Both the position numbers and the translations under genes were made by a program. The notes beneath the pieces were generated by a model. The model was given only the letters and a program-made list of their open reading frames with translations, made no database searches and was not told where the DNA came from. From contig CAKKNE010000005.1 in assembly GCA_918797485.1 (NCBI GenBank), forward strand, positions 2,480,001 through 2,544,000: 64,000 nucleotides of DNA, read 5' to 3'. The DNA is from Pelagomonas calceolata. Lineage: Eukaryota. Of the stretch, positions 11,651 to 22,638 are shown in pieces (position 1 is the first letter of the stretch; each line of letters opens with the position of its first letter).

Positions 11651-13739
11651 TTACGCCGCCTTCGCGAAGAACCCGTGCGCCCCCGACGCCCGCGACGCGC
11701 TCTTCCGCATGGCCCTCAAGAACGACTTCGGCTTGTCCCGGAAGAGGTGCGGCCTCAGTAAAAACACGAAGGCGACGAGCTTCGTGTGGTGGTACGTGAA
11801 GCCCACCAGGCTGCCGACGTGCAGGCCGTCGTGGCCCCGGCACTCGCCCGCCGAGTCGATTTCTAGGATGGTTGATTTCTGAGCGTCCAACACAGACGAC
11901 CGCCCCTGGTCCGCGTAGCCCAGTAGACGGCCTTTTGAGTCTTCGATGCCGACGAGCGCCGCGTCCGTTTCATTCACAGAAACCTTCCCGACGAGCACGC
12001 CGCCGTCGTCCGTCGCCACGCCCAACGCCGCGTCGACGACGAGCAGCCGCGCGCCCTTGGCATCCTTGAGCGTCGCCCCGTCCTCGCAGATGTGGCCGCG
12101 GTACTGCGCGTCCCGATCCACTATCACTAACTGTGCATCTTTCGGAGCCGAGTAGATGTCGGCGCGCTTCTTCGTGGCGGGCGGCGCTTTCCGTGGTCGT
12201 GCTGAACCACTGCGCTGCGCCTCCTGCGCCGCGAACAACGTGTCGCGGTCCTCGCCTTCAATAAACGTGATGACGAGCGGCCGCGGCGCGTTCGCGATCG
12301 CCGACTTGAGCGTCTCGATGCTCTCCTCGTCGGGGTCCACGACGGCGGCGCCGTTCACAGCACACAACTCGTCGCCGGGCTTGACGCTCTCGAAGCACGC
12401 CGAGCCCCGCTCCGTCGAGTCTACCACCACGAAGCGCCGCCCGCTCTCGCCATATTTCGCGAGCGCCACCCTCAACCCGAGGCTCCGCTCCGGAAACTCG
12501 ACGTCAAACACCAGACCCCGGCTCCGCATCGCCGCGACGTGGTCCTGGACCGCGGCCCGCCTGCGTTGGTACGCCGTCGACGCGACGACGGCGTCGAGGC
12601 GGACGCGTCCCATCGGCACGCTGTCGAGGCAGACATGTACAGTCAGCACGCCGTCGAAGCGACGACGGCGGACACGCACAGTCACCACGCAGTCGACGCG
12701 ACGACGGCGGACAAGTGTCGACACAGGGGAAAAAAAAACAAAGACGCAGCAAAAAATACAGCGCGTCGCGCCGCTCCTTCGCGTCGTCGACCTCGGCCTC
12801 GACGCGCTGCGCGTGCTTATCCAATGGATCGTAGCCGCGCGCGTGCCGCGTCCGCGCGTCGTTTTCGTCGTTCTCGTAGAACTCGCCGACGTGCGTCGCG
12901 TGGCGCGCGGCGTCGGCCTTGGGCAGGGGCTTCCTTCCTACGGGATTGGCCTTGGCGGGCGGCTCCTTCGTCTCCTCCGGCTTTGGTGGCTCCGGGGACG
13001 GCGCCGCGGCGACCGCGGGCGCGGCGACCGGCGGCGTCGTCGCCGCGTCGTCGTCGTCCCATTCTCCATCCTCCTCCTCGTCATCCTCATCATCGTCGGG
13101 CGGCCGGCCGACGGCCGTGCGCAGCTCCGCCGCCTTGTCGAGCAGCGTGCGCCGCGCCTTTTGGGCTTCGGCGCGCTTCTCCCGCTTCGCGCTCGTTCTC
13201 ATATGAACGAGCTCGGCGATAGATATGGAGACGACCCACCTCGTTAATACCGCGGGCGCGTCGTCGATTGCAACGTCGCCGAGCGTCGCCGCCTTCTCGA
13301 TCCACTCACTTAACTCGTCAGCTCTTGAATCCTCGCCCTCCCATAAATCGTCGTAGTGCTCGAAGCGCTCGAACTGGGTCAGTGACGGCGACGCGTCCCG
13401 GAACTTGGGCCGCTGTGCCAGTGCAATTGTGTCCGCGAGGTCGTCGCTCGACCCGAAGACGTCGAGCAGCACGCCGGCGGCCCACCTTCGGAACTTCGCG
13501 GCCGCTTCCACGGAAAAGGCCGCCTCGATGCGGGCATCGACGCCGACCATGACCTCCTTGACCCTCGCGATCTCGTCGCCCTCGGACCACGTCCGCACCC
13601 AGGCCGCTACACTTTGCCGGTCCGGTAAACTTGCGTCGTCCCACGACGCCGCGGCTTCATCCTTTTCCTTAAGCCAGGGTGGTTGGGTGGCGTCGATGAG
13701 CAGCGCTTGCAGGGGCTGGGGGGTGGTGAAGTCGGCCAT
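11651..13739 (-). CDS. PDZ-domain protein, two exons
   Basis: Exons 13739-12760 and 12620-11651; the 139-nt GT-AG intron restores frame. Exon 2 has a PDZ-like FPERSLGLRV...VKPGDELCAVNG...PRPLVITF. Confidence 0.7.
12621..12759 (-). mobile_element. Degenerate introner-derived intron
   Basis: Ends CTGTCGAGGC / GTGTCGACACAG, with two tandem copies of the family motif (CACGCCGTCGAAGCGAC, CACGCAGTCGACGCGAC). Splice phase is consistent. Confidence 0.6.
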
Positions 13740-13932
13740 TTCTTTTAGCTCTTGCGTCGCGTTGCAGCGTCGTGCGAATGAAGCGCTGCAGCTGCAATGT
13801 GTCTTAGGGCTCTGTCGTGAAGGTCGTGAGCGCTTCGGCTGGGTCTGACGACTGCGTTCTATACGCAGGCCGTAGTAATGGCCTCTCGACGCTTGCGAAG
13901 CGCTGCTGGCCGGTTTTGGCCGATTGGACCGA

Positions 13933-13956
13933 GCTAGCGTCTTGTAAGACACTAGC
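13933..13956 (+). promoter_or_regulatory. Spaced palindromic intergenic motif copy
   Basis: GCTAGCG-TCTTGTAAGA-CACTAGC between divergent genes (ATGs at 13739 and 14248). Confidence 0.7.
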
Positions 13957-14247
13957 AATCTCGGTGTTTTGCCCAGCCGCCCGTAGACGCTGGCATCGAT
14001 CCTTCGGTGATCGTAAAACCGCGCCAAGGAACACCACGCATAGTGCGCCGAGTCTTGGCAGCATTTCTTGCGCGTTCGAAGTCAGGCTTCGCTACTGACT
14101 CAATCGGCCTTATCCTCGCATACCTCGACAACTCTGCGGAGGGCATCGAGACTGACAACTAAGCACTGACGCAAGTCGGCCATAGCTCGTACTGCGTGGA
14201 GGGTATCGAAACTGACAACCATTGCACCGCTACGCCTCCTCGCGACG

Positions 14248-15066
14248 ATGGCAACGATCAGCCTCGGCGACGCTCTGAGGGCCGGCGCCGAGATCACGAT
14301 GACCGTGGAGCCGCGCCCGCCGACGCCGCCGCCGCCCGAGCCCGAGCCCGCGTGCCGCTGGGAGGCCATGTGGAAGCGCGGCCTGGAGCCGGGCGACGCG
14401 TTTGATGTTGGCGGCGTGTCCGGCGCGCTCGCGTCCTACCTCAAGCGCGCCCCGCGGCCGCCGGAGGGCAGCGCGGCCCTCGTGCCGGGCTGCGGCCGCG
14501 CCTACGACGCGCTGGCCCTGGCGCGGCACGGCTTCGACCGCGTAGTGGCCGTGGACATCGCGCCGACGGCCGTGCGGGCGGCCATGAGCTTCCTCGAGGA
14601 CGAGGCCGACGGCTACGACGAGGACCTGGGCATTTATTACATACAGATCAAGGGGACGCGCTTCACGAAGATCGAGGTGTACGAGGTCGACTTCTTCGAC
14701 GTTCCAGATAAGTTCGACTTCATCTGGGACTGCACGTTCCTCTGCGCGCTCGACCCGTCGCTACGGGAGAAGTGGGCAACGAAGCAGAAGGCGCTCCTCG
14801 ACGAGAACGGCACGCTGCTTTCCTGTATTTTCCCCATTTGCGAGAAGGTCGGCGGGCCGCCCTACGCGCTCTCGGTGCCGCTCGTGACGGAATTATTGAA
14901 GCCGGAGGGCTTCGAGGCCGTCGAGACGCGCGTCTGTGAGGGCGCCGAGCGGCACGTGCCCGGGGCGATGGCCGGCGACGATTGCCCCGGGACGGCGCTC
15001 GTCGCGTGGAGGCTGGGCAAGCCCGACGCCGTCGAGGCGACCAGGGAGATAAGGAGTTCACACTAA
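14248..15066 (+). CDS. SAM-dependent thiol/halide methyltransferase (TPMT/HOL-like)
   Basis: [46 protein letters not shown]. Confidence 0.85.
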   Translation: MATISLGDALRAGAEITMTVEPRPPTPPPPEPEPACRWEAMWKRGLEPGDAFDVGGVSGALASYLKRAPRPPEGSAALVPGCGRAYDALALARHGFDRVVAVDIAPTAVRAAMSFLEDEADGYDEDLGIYYIQIKGTRFTKIEVYEVDFFDVPDKFDFIWDCTFLCALDPSLREKWATKQKALLDENGTLLSCIFPICEKVGGPPYALSVPLVTELLKPEGFEAVETRVCEGAERHVPGAMAGDDCPGTALVAWRLGKPDAVEATREIRSSH

Positions 15067-16175
15067 ACCTTCTTAACGACCTGGATCACGTCCTCGTCCG
15101 CGAGGACGTGGTCCTTGCCGACCTTCTGCGGCTGGTGGCGACACGACGACCCCCAGACCCAGGCGTACTTGAACTGCTCCATGATGCTCTTGTGGATGCG
15201 GTTGCAGAACTGCTCGACTGTGGGGCCATCCGCATGGAGCACGACGGGCTCGTCGTAGTCGGGGACCTGGCCCTTCGGTTTCGTGTAGACCCGTAACATG
15301 TTGCACTTCTGCCAGATCGTCTCCATGAGCTCGTCGATGTTCCACTCGTCCCTCGAACTGATAGGGACATAATTTGGAATCTCGTCGATAATATCTAATT
15401 CTTCTATTGTTAACTGATCAATTTTGTTCATCACATATAAGCCTGGAATATAAGTCCGTTTCCCATCACACACGTCGATGAACTGGTCATGTGTCACATC
15501 TTCTCGAAACGTGACGGTCGCGCAGTTGATGCGATACTCCTTGAGAATACGAGTCGCGATGTCTTGATTCATACCTTTAGTCTGGGGACACAGCCACTGA
15601 AAATCAATGCCGCCCCGCTCCTTCTTCTTGATCTTCACGTCCGGCGGCTTCTGGTTCAACCGGATCCCGAAATTGTCCAGCTCCCTTTCAATCAAGAATT
15701 TATGAGTAACGGGCTTCCCGGCATCCAGCACGATCATGATCATGTCGCAGGTGCGAGCCGCCGATATTACTTGCCTTCCGCGCCCCTTGCCCGTGGCCGC
15801 CCCTTCGATGATCCCTGGTAGGTCCAAAATTTGAATTCGCGCGCCGCGGTACTTCATCGTACCGGGTATGGCGGTCAACGTCGTGAACTCGTAGGCCGCC
15901 GCTTCACTCTTGGTCCCCGTCAGCGTTGTTAATAAAGTAGACTTGCCGACCGAGGGGAAGCCCACCAACCCGACGCGCGTGTCGCCGACCTTCTTCACAT
16001 CAAAACCGCGCTCGCCGCCGCCGCCGCCCGATTTCGAACCTTGGTCCTCGAGTTCTCTCCTCAACTTCGCGAGCTTGGCCTTGATCAAACCGAGATGGCC
16101 TTCCGTCTGCTTGTTTTTTTGCGTGCGCGCGTACTCCGCCTCGAGCTCCTTGATCTTGTCCTCGGTCGTGGGCAT
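15063..16175 (-). CDS. DRG1: Developmentally regulated GTP-binding protein (OBG family, TGS domain)
   Basis: [32 protein letters not shown] and C-terminal [23 protein letters not shown]. Confidence 0.95.
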   Translation of the reverse strand: MPTTEDKIKELEAEYARTQKNKQTEGHLGLIKAKLAKLRRELEDQGSKSGGGGGERGFDVKKVGDTRVGLVGFPSVGKSTLLTTLTGTKSEAAAYEFTTLTAIPGTMKYRGARIQILDLPGIIEGAATGKGRGRQVISAARTCDMIMIVLDAGKPVTHKFLIERELDNFGIRLNQKPPDVKIKKKERGGIDFQWLCPQTKGMNQDIATRILKEYRINCATVTFREDVTHDQFIDVCDGKRTYIPGLYVMNKIDQLTIEELDIIDEIPNYVPISSRDEWNIDELMETIWQKCNMLRVYTKPKGQVPDYDEPVVLHADGPTVEQFCNRIHKSIMEQFKYAWVWGSSCRHQPQKVGKDHVLADEDVIQVVKKV

Positions 16176-16440
16176 GGTTTATGCTCTCTGCAGCTATGTG
16201 GCGTGTCGCAGCGACAGCGATGGCTCTCTGTGGCCTGTTCGCAGCTCTTTGTTGGGTGCGCGCCGCAAGCGATGGCGTCGGCTACTGGGTAGCGATGGCT
16301 CTCCTTGCTTGTCGTGCGGCTTTCTGCCTTGCGTAAATGCGTGCCACAGCGACTGTGTCGAGCTATGCGCTTGCAGTATGGGATCCGTTGCTCAGCTTAA
16401 GGCGCTTCACGACCAGCGACAGACCAAGGCCAAAAATCGG

Positions 16441-16463
16441 GCTAGCGGCTGTAAGACACTAGG
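16441..16463 (+). promoter_or_regulatory. Spaced palindromic intergenic motif copy
   Basis: GCTAGCG-GCTGTAAGA-CACTAGG midway between divergent DRG1 and SGNH genes; first 22 nt identical to the copy at 30603. Confidence 0.7.
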
Positions 16464-16711
16464 CATTCCCGTCGTCTAGCCCTAGCTACGGCCTGCGGGG
16501 AGCATCTGTGCCGCCAGCGCGTTTGGAGGTCCTGGGACATCGTCCGCGCCTGGCGTAAAGAGCTAGCGTCGAAAGCTAGCCGGCTCGGCGGTCTGCGAGT
16601 GCCCAAAAGCTGCTGCTCTGCGCGAGGCCCTAAATCGGCGCGCGACCGCGAACGGATTCCCAAATTGCTGGTAGAGAAGCATCTAAGGACGACTCTCACT
16701 GTGCACGCAAA

Positions 16712-17662
16712 ATGAAGCACTCCACGCATAACGCGCTAGCACTTTTGGCCTCGCTCCTCGCCGTCTCGTTGATTGTCAGCGCTCTCCGCCAGCGTCGGCT
16801 CAGCGCGGGGCCGCCGCGCCGCGCGCCACCGATACGCGTCGGCTTCGTCGGGAATTCCTTCACCTACTACAACGACCTGCCGGGCGTACTCTCGCGCGCG
16901 ACCGGCGTCGCCGTCGACGCCTGCACGCGCGGCGGGGCAAGTCTCGCATCCCTGCTTCGCGATGGCGGCGACGGCACCGGTCTCGCGGCCGTGCGCTTCG
17001 CCAAGGCCGCCCTCGCGCGGGCCCGTGGCGCGGACGCCTCGAAGAAGCGAGCGGCGGAGGCGGAGGCCACCGAGGCACAGCGCATCGCGGACGCCACCAA
17101 CAAAGTGGACGTGCCGGCCGCCGCGCGGGATCTCAGGGCGTTCCTGGGAGACGTCCAGCGAGACGTGGTCGTGGTCCAGGACTTTTCGCGCGGACCGATC
17201 AAGAATCGCGACGAGGGCGTCTCAGCGCTCCGAACGCTGGCGCCGCTGCTGCGCGAGGCGCGCGTCGTGGTATTGTATTCGACGTGGGCGTACGACAACG
17301 CCTTGACGCGCGCCGACGACGACCTACGCGACACGACGGCGATGGCGCGGGGGTTACAAGAGGGCTACGAGGAGTACGCGAGGGCGTTGCAAGCCGCCGG
17401 GGTTGAAACTATAGCGATCGCGCCCGTGGGCGCCGCTTTCGAGCTCGTGCGCGAGGCAGACGAGGCGCGATGGCGGTCCTTGTTCGCCCGTGACGGGTAC
17501 CACCCGTCGCCCGCGGGGACGTACCTCGCGGCCCGCGTCATCCACCTTACTATATCGACCGCGCTTCGCGACAAAGGCGGTGCCGAGATCGCGTGGCATG
17601 AGGACGACGGTCCAGCGGACCTCGCCGACGCGGCGCGCAGAGCGTGCGAGGCCCGCGTCTAG
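16712..17662 (+). CDS. SGNH/GDSL-type hydrolase with N-terminal membrane anchor
   Basis: FVGNSFTYYNDLP (block I), VVVQD, DGYHPSPAGTYLAA (DxxH). Confidence 0.75.
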   Translation: MKHSTHNALALLASLLAVSLIVSALRQRRLSAGPPRRAPPIRVGFVGNSFTYYNDLPGVLSRATGVAVDACTRGGASLASLLRDGGDGTGLAAVRFAKAALARARGADASKKRAAEAEATEAQRIADATNKVDVPAAARDLRAFLGDVQRDVVVVQDFSRGPIKNRDEGVSALRTLAPLLREARVVVLYSTWAYDNALTRADDDLRDTTAMARGLQEGYEEYARALQAAGVETIAIAPVGAAFELVREADEARWRSLFARDGYHPSPAGTYLAARVIHLTISTALRDKGGAEIAWHEDDGPADLADAARRACEARV

Positions 17663-17726
17663 CATGGGGATGTTGTGAGAATGTATTTTGTTACAGCTCG
17701 AAACTTATGAACACCCCTCCTCATGA

Positions 17727-18641
17727 TCAGTCCGTCCACCGCGCCGGCGCCGCCCCGTCGTCCTCGGCGTCGTCCAGCGGAGAGGTTCTCCGCCCGTATA
17801 GTGTAGGATCGTCGCGTTCGGGCCCCGGCGGCACGAGCGTCAGCCGCAGCCGGTCGCGTCCCACGTCGACGGCCTTGACCCAGCACTCCTGAATACTCTG
17901 CCCCGGCGCCTCGAGCTTGAGCCGCGGCACGCGCGCGGCGCCGACCTTGCGCCGCGGCAGGAGCCCGATGTCCGCGACGTGCAAATAGGCGGGCACGCGG
18001 GCGCCGACGTCCACGAAGGCCGCGTGCGGCGTCACGCGCGTCACGGCCACATCTTCTAAACGCTCGTCGACGCTGTAAGTTGATACGGCTCTCCTACTTT
18101 CGTCGACGGGCTCGACCTGCAACATTGATAGAGACAGCACGCGCTTCGCCGCGTCGGCGCCCTTGACGCACACATCAATCTCGTCGCCCAATCGCAAAAC
18201 CTCGCGCGAATCAGATACAAAGTCCGTGTCGGACATGTCCCGGCAGTGCACGAACCCGTCGACCTCGGCGCCGATCGACACCCAGGCGCCGTGGGGCTTG
18301 AGGTTGCGCACGACGCCGCTGAACCACTGGCCCGCCGTCGCGTTTTCCAGAGACGCCTCGGGCTTGAGCGGGAGGTAGGCCGGCCGCTGGCGCTGGCGCT
18401 CCTTCATCTGCCGCTGCGCGTCCAGCATCAAGCGCCGCGCCGCGCCGGCCTTGTCGAGCGGGCTGAAGCGCTCCTGGCGCTTCCTCGCCTTAATCCGGTT
18501 CTCCTCGAACTCGGGCGGCTCCCACTTTTCTTCCCTTTCTGCTAGCATGGGGGTTGCCACGGTGGGCTTTTTGTGGGGCGAGGGCCCTAAGAAGGCCGCC
18601 GCGCGGGTGAGGGCCAGCATCGCCGTCAGGGGGCGCGCCAT
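17727..18641 (-). CDS. S1 RNA-binding domain protein, probably plastid-targeted
   Basis: Two S1 repeats (GVVRNLKPHGAWVSIGAEVDGFVH; AFVDVGARVPAYLHVADI) and a signal-like N-terminus ending AAA-F. Confidence 0.8.
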   Translation of the reverse strand: MARPLTAMLALTRAAAFLGPSPHKKPTVATPMLAEREEKWEPPEFEENRIKARKRQERFSPLDKAGAARRLMLDAQRQMKERQRQRPAYLPLKPEASLENATAGQWFSGVVRNLKPHGAWVSIGAEVDGFVHCRDMSDTDFVSDSREVLRLGDEIDVCVKGADAAKRVLSLSMLQVEPVDESRRAVSTYSVDERLEDVAVTRVTPHAAFVDVGARVPAYLHVADIGLLPRRKVGAARVPRLKLEAPGQSIQECWVKAVDVGRDRLRLTLVPPGPERDDPTLYGRRTSPLDDAEDDGAAPARWTD

Positions 18642-18782
18642 CGCTCCCTTCCCAATTCGCCGGGGCTGTGCTGCGTGTCGCTGATGCCACAAACGCACGC
18701 TCTGCTGCGTGTGTCACTGTGGTCTTTTGGGACAGTGGTTCGCCGGGACACTCTGAAGTGCAAGCGAAGCGCTGCGGAGCGA

Positions 18783-18804
18783 GCTAGCGTACAAGGCCAC
18801 TAGC
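18783..18804 (+). promoter_or_regulatory. Spaced palindromic intergenic motif copy
   Basis: GCTAGCG-TACAAGGC-CACTAGC between divergent S1 and OTU genes. Confidence 0.65.
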
Positions 18805-18870
18805 ATCTCGTCCTTGCCGCGGTTTTTGCTGATTTTGGCCGTGCTGCGCGCTTGATTGCAGTAAGGAGCA

Positions 18871-20031
18871 ATGCGCGCAGTCCTCCTACTGCTCGCGGGC
18901 ACCGCTGCGCGCCGCCGCGGCGGCCCGCCACCGCTGCGCCACAAAAACAAGGGTACCGGCCTCACAGGCGGCGGGCCCGCGCGGCGCCGCGGCGGAGCGC
19001 ATCCGCTGCGCCACAAAAGCAACGGGCGCGCGCGACCGCTGCGCCACCAAAGCCGGGGCGGAATCGACCTCACCGGCGGCGGGCCGCTCATCGATGGCGA
19101 CGGCTTCCTTAGAGATCTGCTCCCAGTGCTGGACTACGACGAGTCGCAGGAGAACGTGACGACGAAGACGCCGACGCGCGGCCGCGCGCGGGGCTACCTG
19201 CGCGCGCGCCAGGTGCCCGGCGACGGCGCGTGCCTCTTCCACACGCTAAGCGCGGGCTTGTGGGAGTCGGTGAACGGCACGCACCACCCGATGGACCGCA
19301 AGGTCCTGAGGAGCCAGTCCCTGCGCCTGCGCGCGCGGGCCATCGACGTGCTCGAAGATAGGAGAGACCCGAAGCTCTACATGGGCGACAACGAGTACAT
19401 GAAGGCCTCGCAATTACTCGAGATGGCGGCGGAGCAGGCCGCCTGCGCCAAGGACGAGTACTGCGCCAAGCTGCGCGACCCGCGCGCCTGGGGCGGCGGG
19501 CCCGAGATTGTGGCCTTGTCGAACGCGTTGTCCCGGCCGATCCACATCTACGAGCTCGTCTGGGCCTCGGCCGACGCGCCCTGCGCGCGCAAGAACCTTA
19601 GAGGAGGCGCCGCAGACAGCGCGCCGAACGCGCCGCGGTGGTGCGTCCAGTGCATTGCGGAGTTTGGAACCCCAAAATGGAGCCGGCGCTACCCGCCCAT
19701 CCACGTGCTTTCTTGTGATTCCCGCTTTCCCCACCTCCAGCCGGAGCAGCAGCTCGAGCAGGGCAACCACTTCCTGCTCTTGTTTGAATGCGACCCGCAG
19801 GAGGCGCGCGAGGCCGCGCTCGAGGCCGGGGCCGACGACAGGGCCGCCGATCTCGTGTTCGCCGAATGCGCGAGGCGGCGAGTGCAGAAGGCCAAGGCCG
19901 TGACGGCGGATAGAGACGTTACCTGGGCGCCGTATTATGATCCATCGAAACCGCCGCGCCGGCGCTTCGGCGTGTCTCCTTTATTAGTGGGGGCGCTTGG
20001 GGTGGTGGCGAAGCTGCGGTTTGGTTTATAA
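18871..20031 (+). CDS. OTU-like cysteine protease (deubiquitinase)
   Basis: RQVPGDGACLFHTLS (catalytic D/C), WGGGPEI, GNHF (His); three N-terminal PLRH repeats. Confidence 0.8.
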   Translation: MRAVLLLLAGTAARRRGGPPPLRHKNKGTGLTGGGPARRRGGAHPLRHKSNGRARPLRHQSRGGIDLTGGGPLIDGDGFLRDLLPVLDYDESQENVTTKTPTRGRARGYLRARQVPGDGACLFHTLSAGLWESVNGTHHPMDRKVLRSQSLRLRARAIDVLEDRRDPKLYMGDNEYMKASQLLEMAAEQAACAKDEYCAKLRDPRAWGGGPEIVALSNALSRPIHIYELVWASADAPCARKNLRGGAADSAPNAPRWCVQCIAEFGTPKWSRRYPPIHVLSCDSRFPHLQPEQQLEQGNHFLLLFECDPQEAREAALEAGADDRAADLVFAECARRRVQKAKAVTADRDVTWAPYYDPSKPPRRRFGVSPLLVGALGVVAKLRFGL

Positions 20032-20041
20032 GTATGACAAG

Positions 20042-22276
20042 TTAAACAAACGGCCGCCCCGCCTCGAACGTCACGCGCTCGCTAGTCTCCGGATGCGGCA
20101 GCGCGAGCGACGCCGCGTGCAGACATAAACCGCCGCCCGGTGTCGCGTAGAGCGGGTCGCCGACGATGGCGTGCCCCGCCGCGAGGCAGTGGACGCGGAG
20201 CTGGTGTGACCGGCCCGTGAGCGGCTCGAGCCGGAGCAGCGACGTCTCGTCGCCGCTCTCCAGGGCCTCCCAGCGCGTGCGGGCGCCCTTCGCGCCCTCT
20301 TCACTTTCTTCCGCCGCGCGGTACCGCGGCTTGCCGTCCTTTTGCCGTGCTACAGCGTCCGCCGTGATGGCGGCCGTCCACTCGCCGCTGCCACTTAGCC
20401 GCCCGGCCACGCGCGCGACGTACGTCTTCCGCGTGTCGCCGGCGTCGCCGTCCGTCGACTTGCGGAAGGCGGCGCACAGCGCTGATGCGGCGGCGGTGGT
20501 GCGCGCGAAGACCAGGACGCCGCTAGTCTCATAATCAAGACGATGAACGGGCCGCAGGTCGCGGTCGCCCGCCGCGGCGCGCGCGAGGGCCAGCGCGTTC
20601 GGCGCCTCTTCATCGTTGTCGGGCGCCGCCAGCGCCTTGGCCGCGTCGTCGAGCTCGCGCCACAGCGTCCCGACGGCCGCGTCGTCGACGGCGCCGACGC
20701 GGCCCCGCGCCCGCTGCACGTGGGCCCGGAACTTGTCCTCGCGCCGCGGGATCGACGCCAGCGAGCCCACGCCGTTCAAGAGGCGGCCCGCGAGCGACTC
20801 GGCAGAAGCTTCGTCGCGCGCCCGCGCCAGCGCCTCCTCCCAGTACTCGCCGGCGCGCTTCCGCTTTTTCGTCGGCGCCGGCGCGTCGGGGTGGCGGCCC
20901 GGCACGGACAAGAGGTCCCGCGGCTTATTCACGACGACGAGCGACGCGTCGACGTGGAGCAGCTCGATCGTGTGCCTTATCTTCTCCACCACGCCGAGAA
21001 TCAGCTCGTTCGGCACCGGCAGCGACAGATTGTATTGAGCCAGCTTCCCGCCAATTATGACGCCCGTGCTCCGGCACCGGCCGAGATTCGCGTTGTTCAG
21101 CACCTCGTCGAACGCGACCACGCCGTCGCTCACTTCGTCGCAGCGCCGCGCGACGACGGTGTAGGCCCACGTGTTCCCCGTGGCGAATCTCTGACGCGCG
21201 TACTGGAGGAAGGCGTCGCGCGCCCACCGCTCCTCGGCCGCCGTGCCGAAGAAGACGAACGCGTCCGCCGCGAGGGCCTCGAGCGCGTCGCCGTCGCCGC
21301 GCGCGCAGGCCGCGTGCCACGCGTCGAGGGCGTCGGCGGCGGCTCTAGTACTACGAGCGCCGTCGACGGCGGGTGTTTCGTCGACGCGGACCTCCACGTA
21401 TGCCACGGCCGACGAGCCAAGGTCCACGAAGTCGTGACCGCTCATAGGGCTTCGCATCCGCACGACGTGTCGCGTGCCGGAGCGCGCCAGCGGGAACGAC
21501 AAGGTAGCTACCCGCGAACATTCGTCCGGCGTCGGCGTCGTCGCGGCGCCGAAGCGCATCGAGGCGCCGTCGCGCGTGAGCTTGTCGAGCGCCGCCGCCG
21601 GGAAGGGCCGGATGCCGCTCGGCCGGTGGCCCAGCCACACGTTGACGAGGAACGTGTAGCGCTTGCCTCCTCCGCTCGTAGTGAGAGCCCGCGGCGCCGC
21701 GTGCAAACAACGCCCGTCGAAGACGAGGTGGCGGCCGACGCGCGGCGCGCACGCCGCCGCGGCGTCGACGGGGCCGTCGGCGATGGCGCCCGTGAACGAG
21801 TCCGGTCGCTTGTCGAGGACCACCGTCGGCGCGCCCCCCTCAGAAAGGTACGTCACCGTCGCGAGCTGCGGGAAGACGTACATGCCGTGCAGCGTGTGCG
21901 CCTGCTCGTCCTTGTCCCAGTGGAAGCAAACCTCCCGTGCCGCTTCTTGGTTTGCCGTCGGGTCCTTGACCTGGGCCCACCACTCGACGCCGGACTTGGG
22001 GTCCGCGGCATGCGGCGACGCTGCGGCGTGCTTTCTAAAAATCTCCAGGGCCACGGCTTCGAGCGCGCAGCGCGGGCTCTCGCCCGCGCCGAGCCAGAAG
22101 GTGTCCTGCGGGACAAGCGGGCTCGCGACGAACTCTAGATCACGTTTCAGCTCCTCCAGGCGCTCGCACTGCAGCGCTTCGTCGTAGCACCGCGTTTTTA
22201 AGTCGAGGTGTTCTGTCGTCCCTTCGATCGTGCCGTTGTGCGCGATGGCGACGCAGAAGTCGTCGTCGAGGCTCAT
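20042..22276 (-). CDS. Three-domain fusion: 2OG-Fe(II)-like + SnoaL/NTF2-like + RluA-family pseudouridine synthase
   Basis: EWWAQ..FHWDKDE..ATVTYL..LH; then LDAWHAAC..FFGTAAEERW..FDEVL..GRCRSTGVI..QYNLS; then VNKPRDLLSVPG, HRLDYETSG, TGRSHQLRVH. One uninterrupted ORF. Confidence 0.8.
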   Translation of the reverse strand: MSLDDDFCVAIAHNGTIEGTTEHLDLKTRCYDEALQCERLEELKRDLEFVASPLVPQDTFWLGAGESPRCALEAVALEIFRKHAAASPHAADPKSGVEWWAQVKDPTANQEAAREVCFHWDKDEQAHTLHGMYVFPQLATVTYLSEGGAPTVVLDKRPDSFTGAIADGPVDAAAACAPRVGRHLVFDGRCLHAAPRALTTSGGGKRYTFLVNVWLGHRPSGIRPFPAAALDKLTRDGASMRFGAATTPTPDECSRVATLSFPLARSGTRHVVRMRSPMSGHDFVDLGSSAVAYVEVRVDETPAVDGARSTRAAADALDAWHAACARGDGDALEALAADAFVFFGTAAEERWARDAFLQYARQRFATGNTWAYTVVARRCDEVSDGVVAFDEVLNNANLGRCRSTGVIIGGKLAQYNLSLPVPNELILGVVEKIRHTIELLHVDASLVVVNKPRDLLSVPGRHPDAPAPTKKRKRAGEYWEEALARARDEASAESLAGRLLNGVGSLASIPRREDKFRAHVQRARGRVGAVDDAAVGTLWRELDDAAKALAAPDNDEEAPNALALARAAAGDRDLRPVHRLDYETSGVLVFARTTAAASALCAAFRKSTDGDAGDTRKTYVARVAGRLSGSGEWTAAITADAVARQKDGKPRYRAAEESEEGAKGARTRWEALESGDETSLLRLEPLTGRSHQLRVHCLAAGHAIVGDPLYATPGGGLCLHAASLALPHPETSERVTFEAGRPFV

Positions 22277-22463
22277 CGTCGTGCTGTGTTGGTTGAGAGC
22301 AGCCCAGGTGCGCAAGTGCTGTGCTTGGAGCGCTTTTTTTGGCACCAGCTGTGCCGCAGGAATGAATAATGATACTAGACGGTGCCTGTGGACGCTTCTG
22401 CTGGCGATCAACCGTCAACTAGCCCGGTTGCAGGCAATAAGCTGGCTTGGTACTTGCCTGCTT

Positions 22464-22486
22464 GCTAGTGTCTTACATGCGCTAGC
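22464..22486 (-). promoter_or_regulatory. Spaced palindromic intergenic motif copy
   Basis: Minus strand GCTAGCG-CATGTAAGA-CACTAGC, ~190 bp upstream of the RluA fusion. Confidence 0.7.
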
Positions 22487-22638
22487 GAAGATCCACGCGT
22501 GGGAGCCCTAGAAACCGCGCCCCGGGGACGGTATCTCGGCGCTTGGATGGACGGGGAAACCCGTACGCAGGATCGCGTCGAAAAAAATACTGAAAAAGTC
22601 ATTTACACGATGATACTAATAATTGCGAGCCCCGACAA

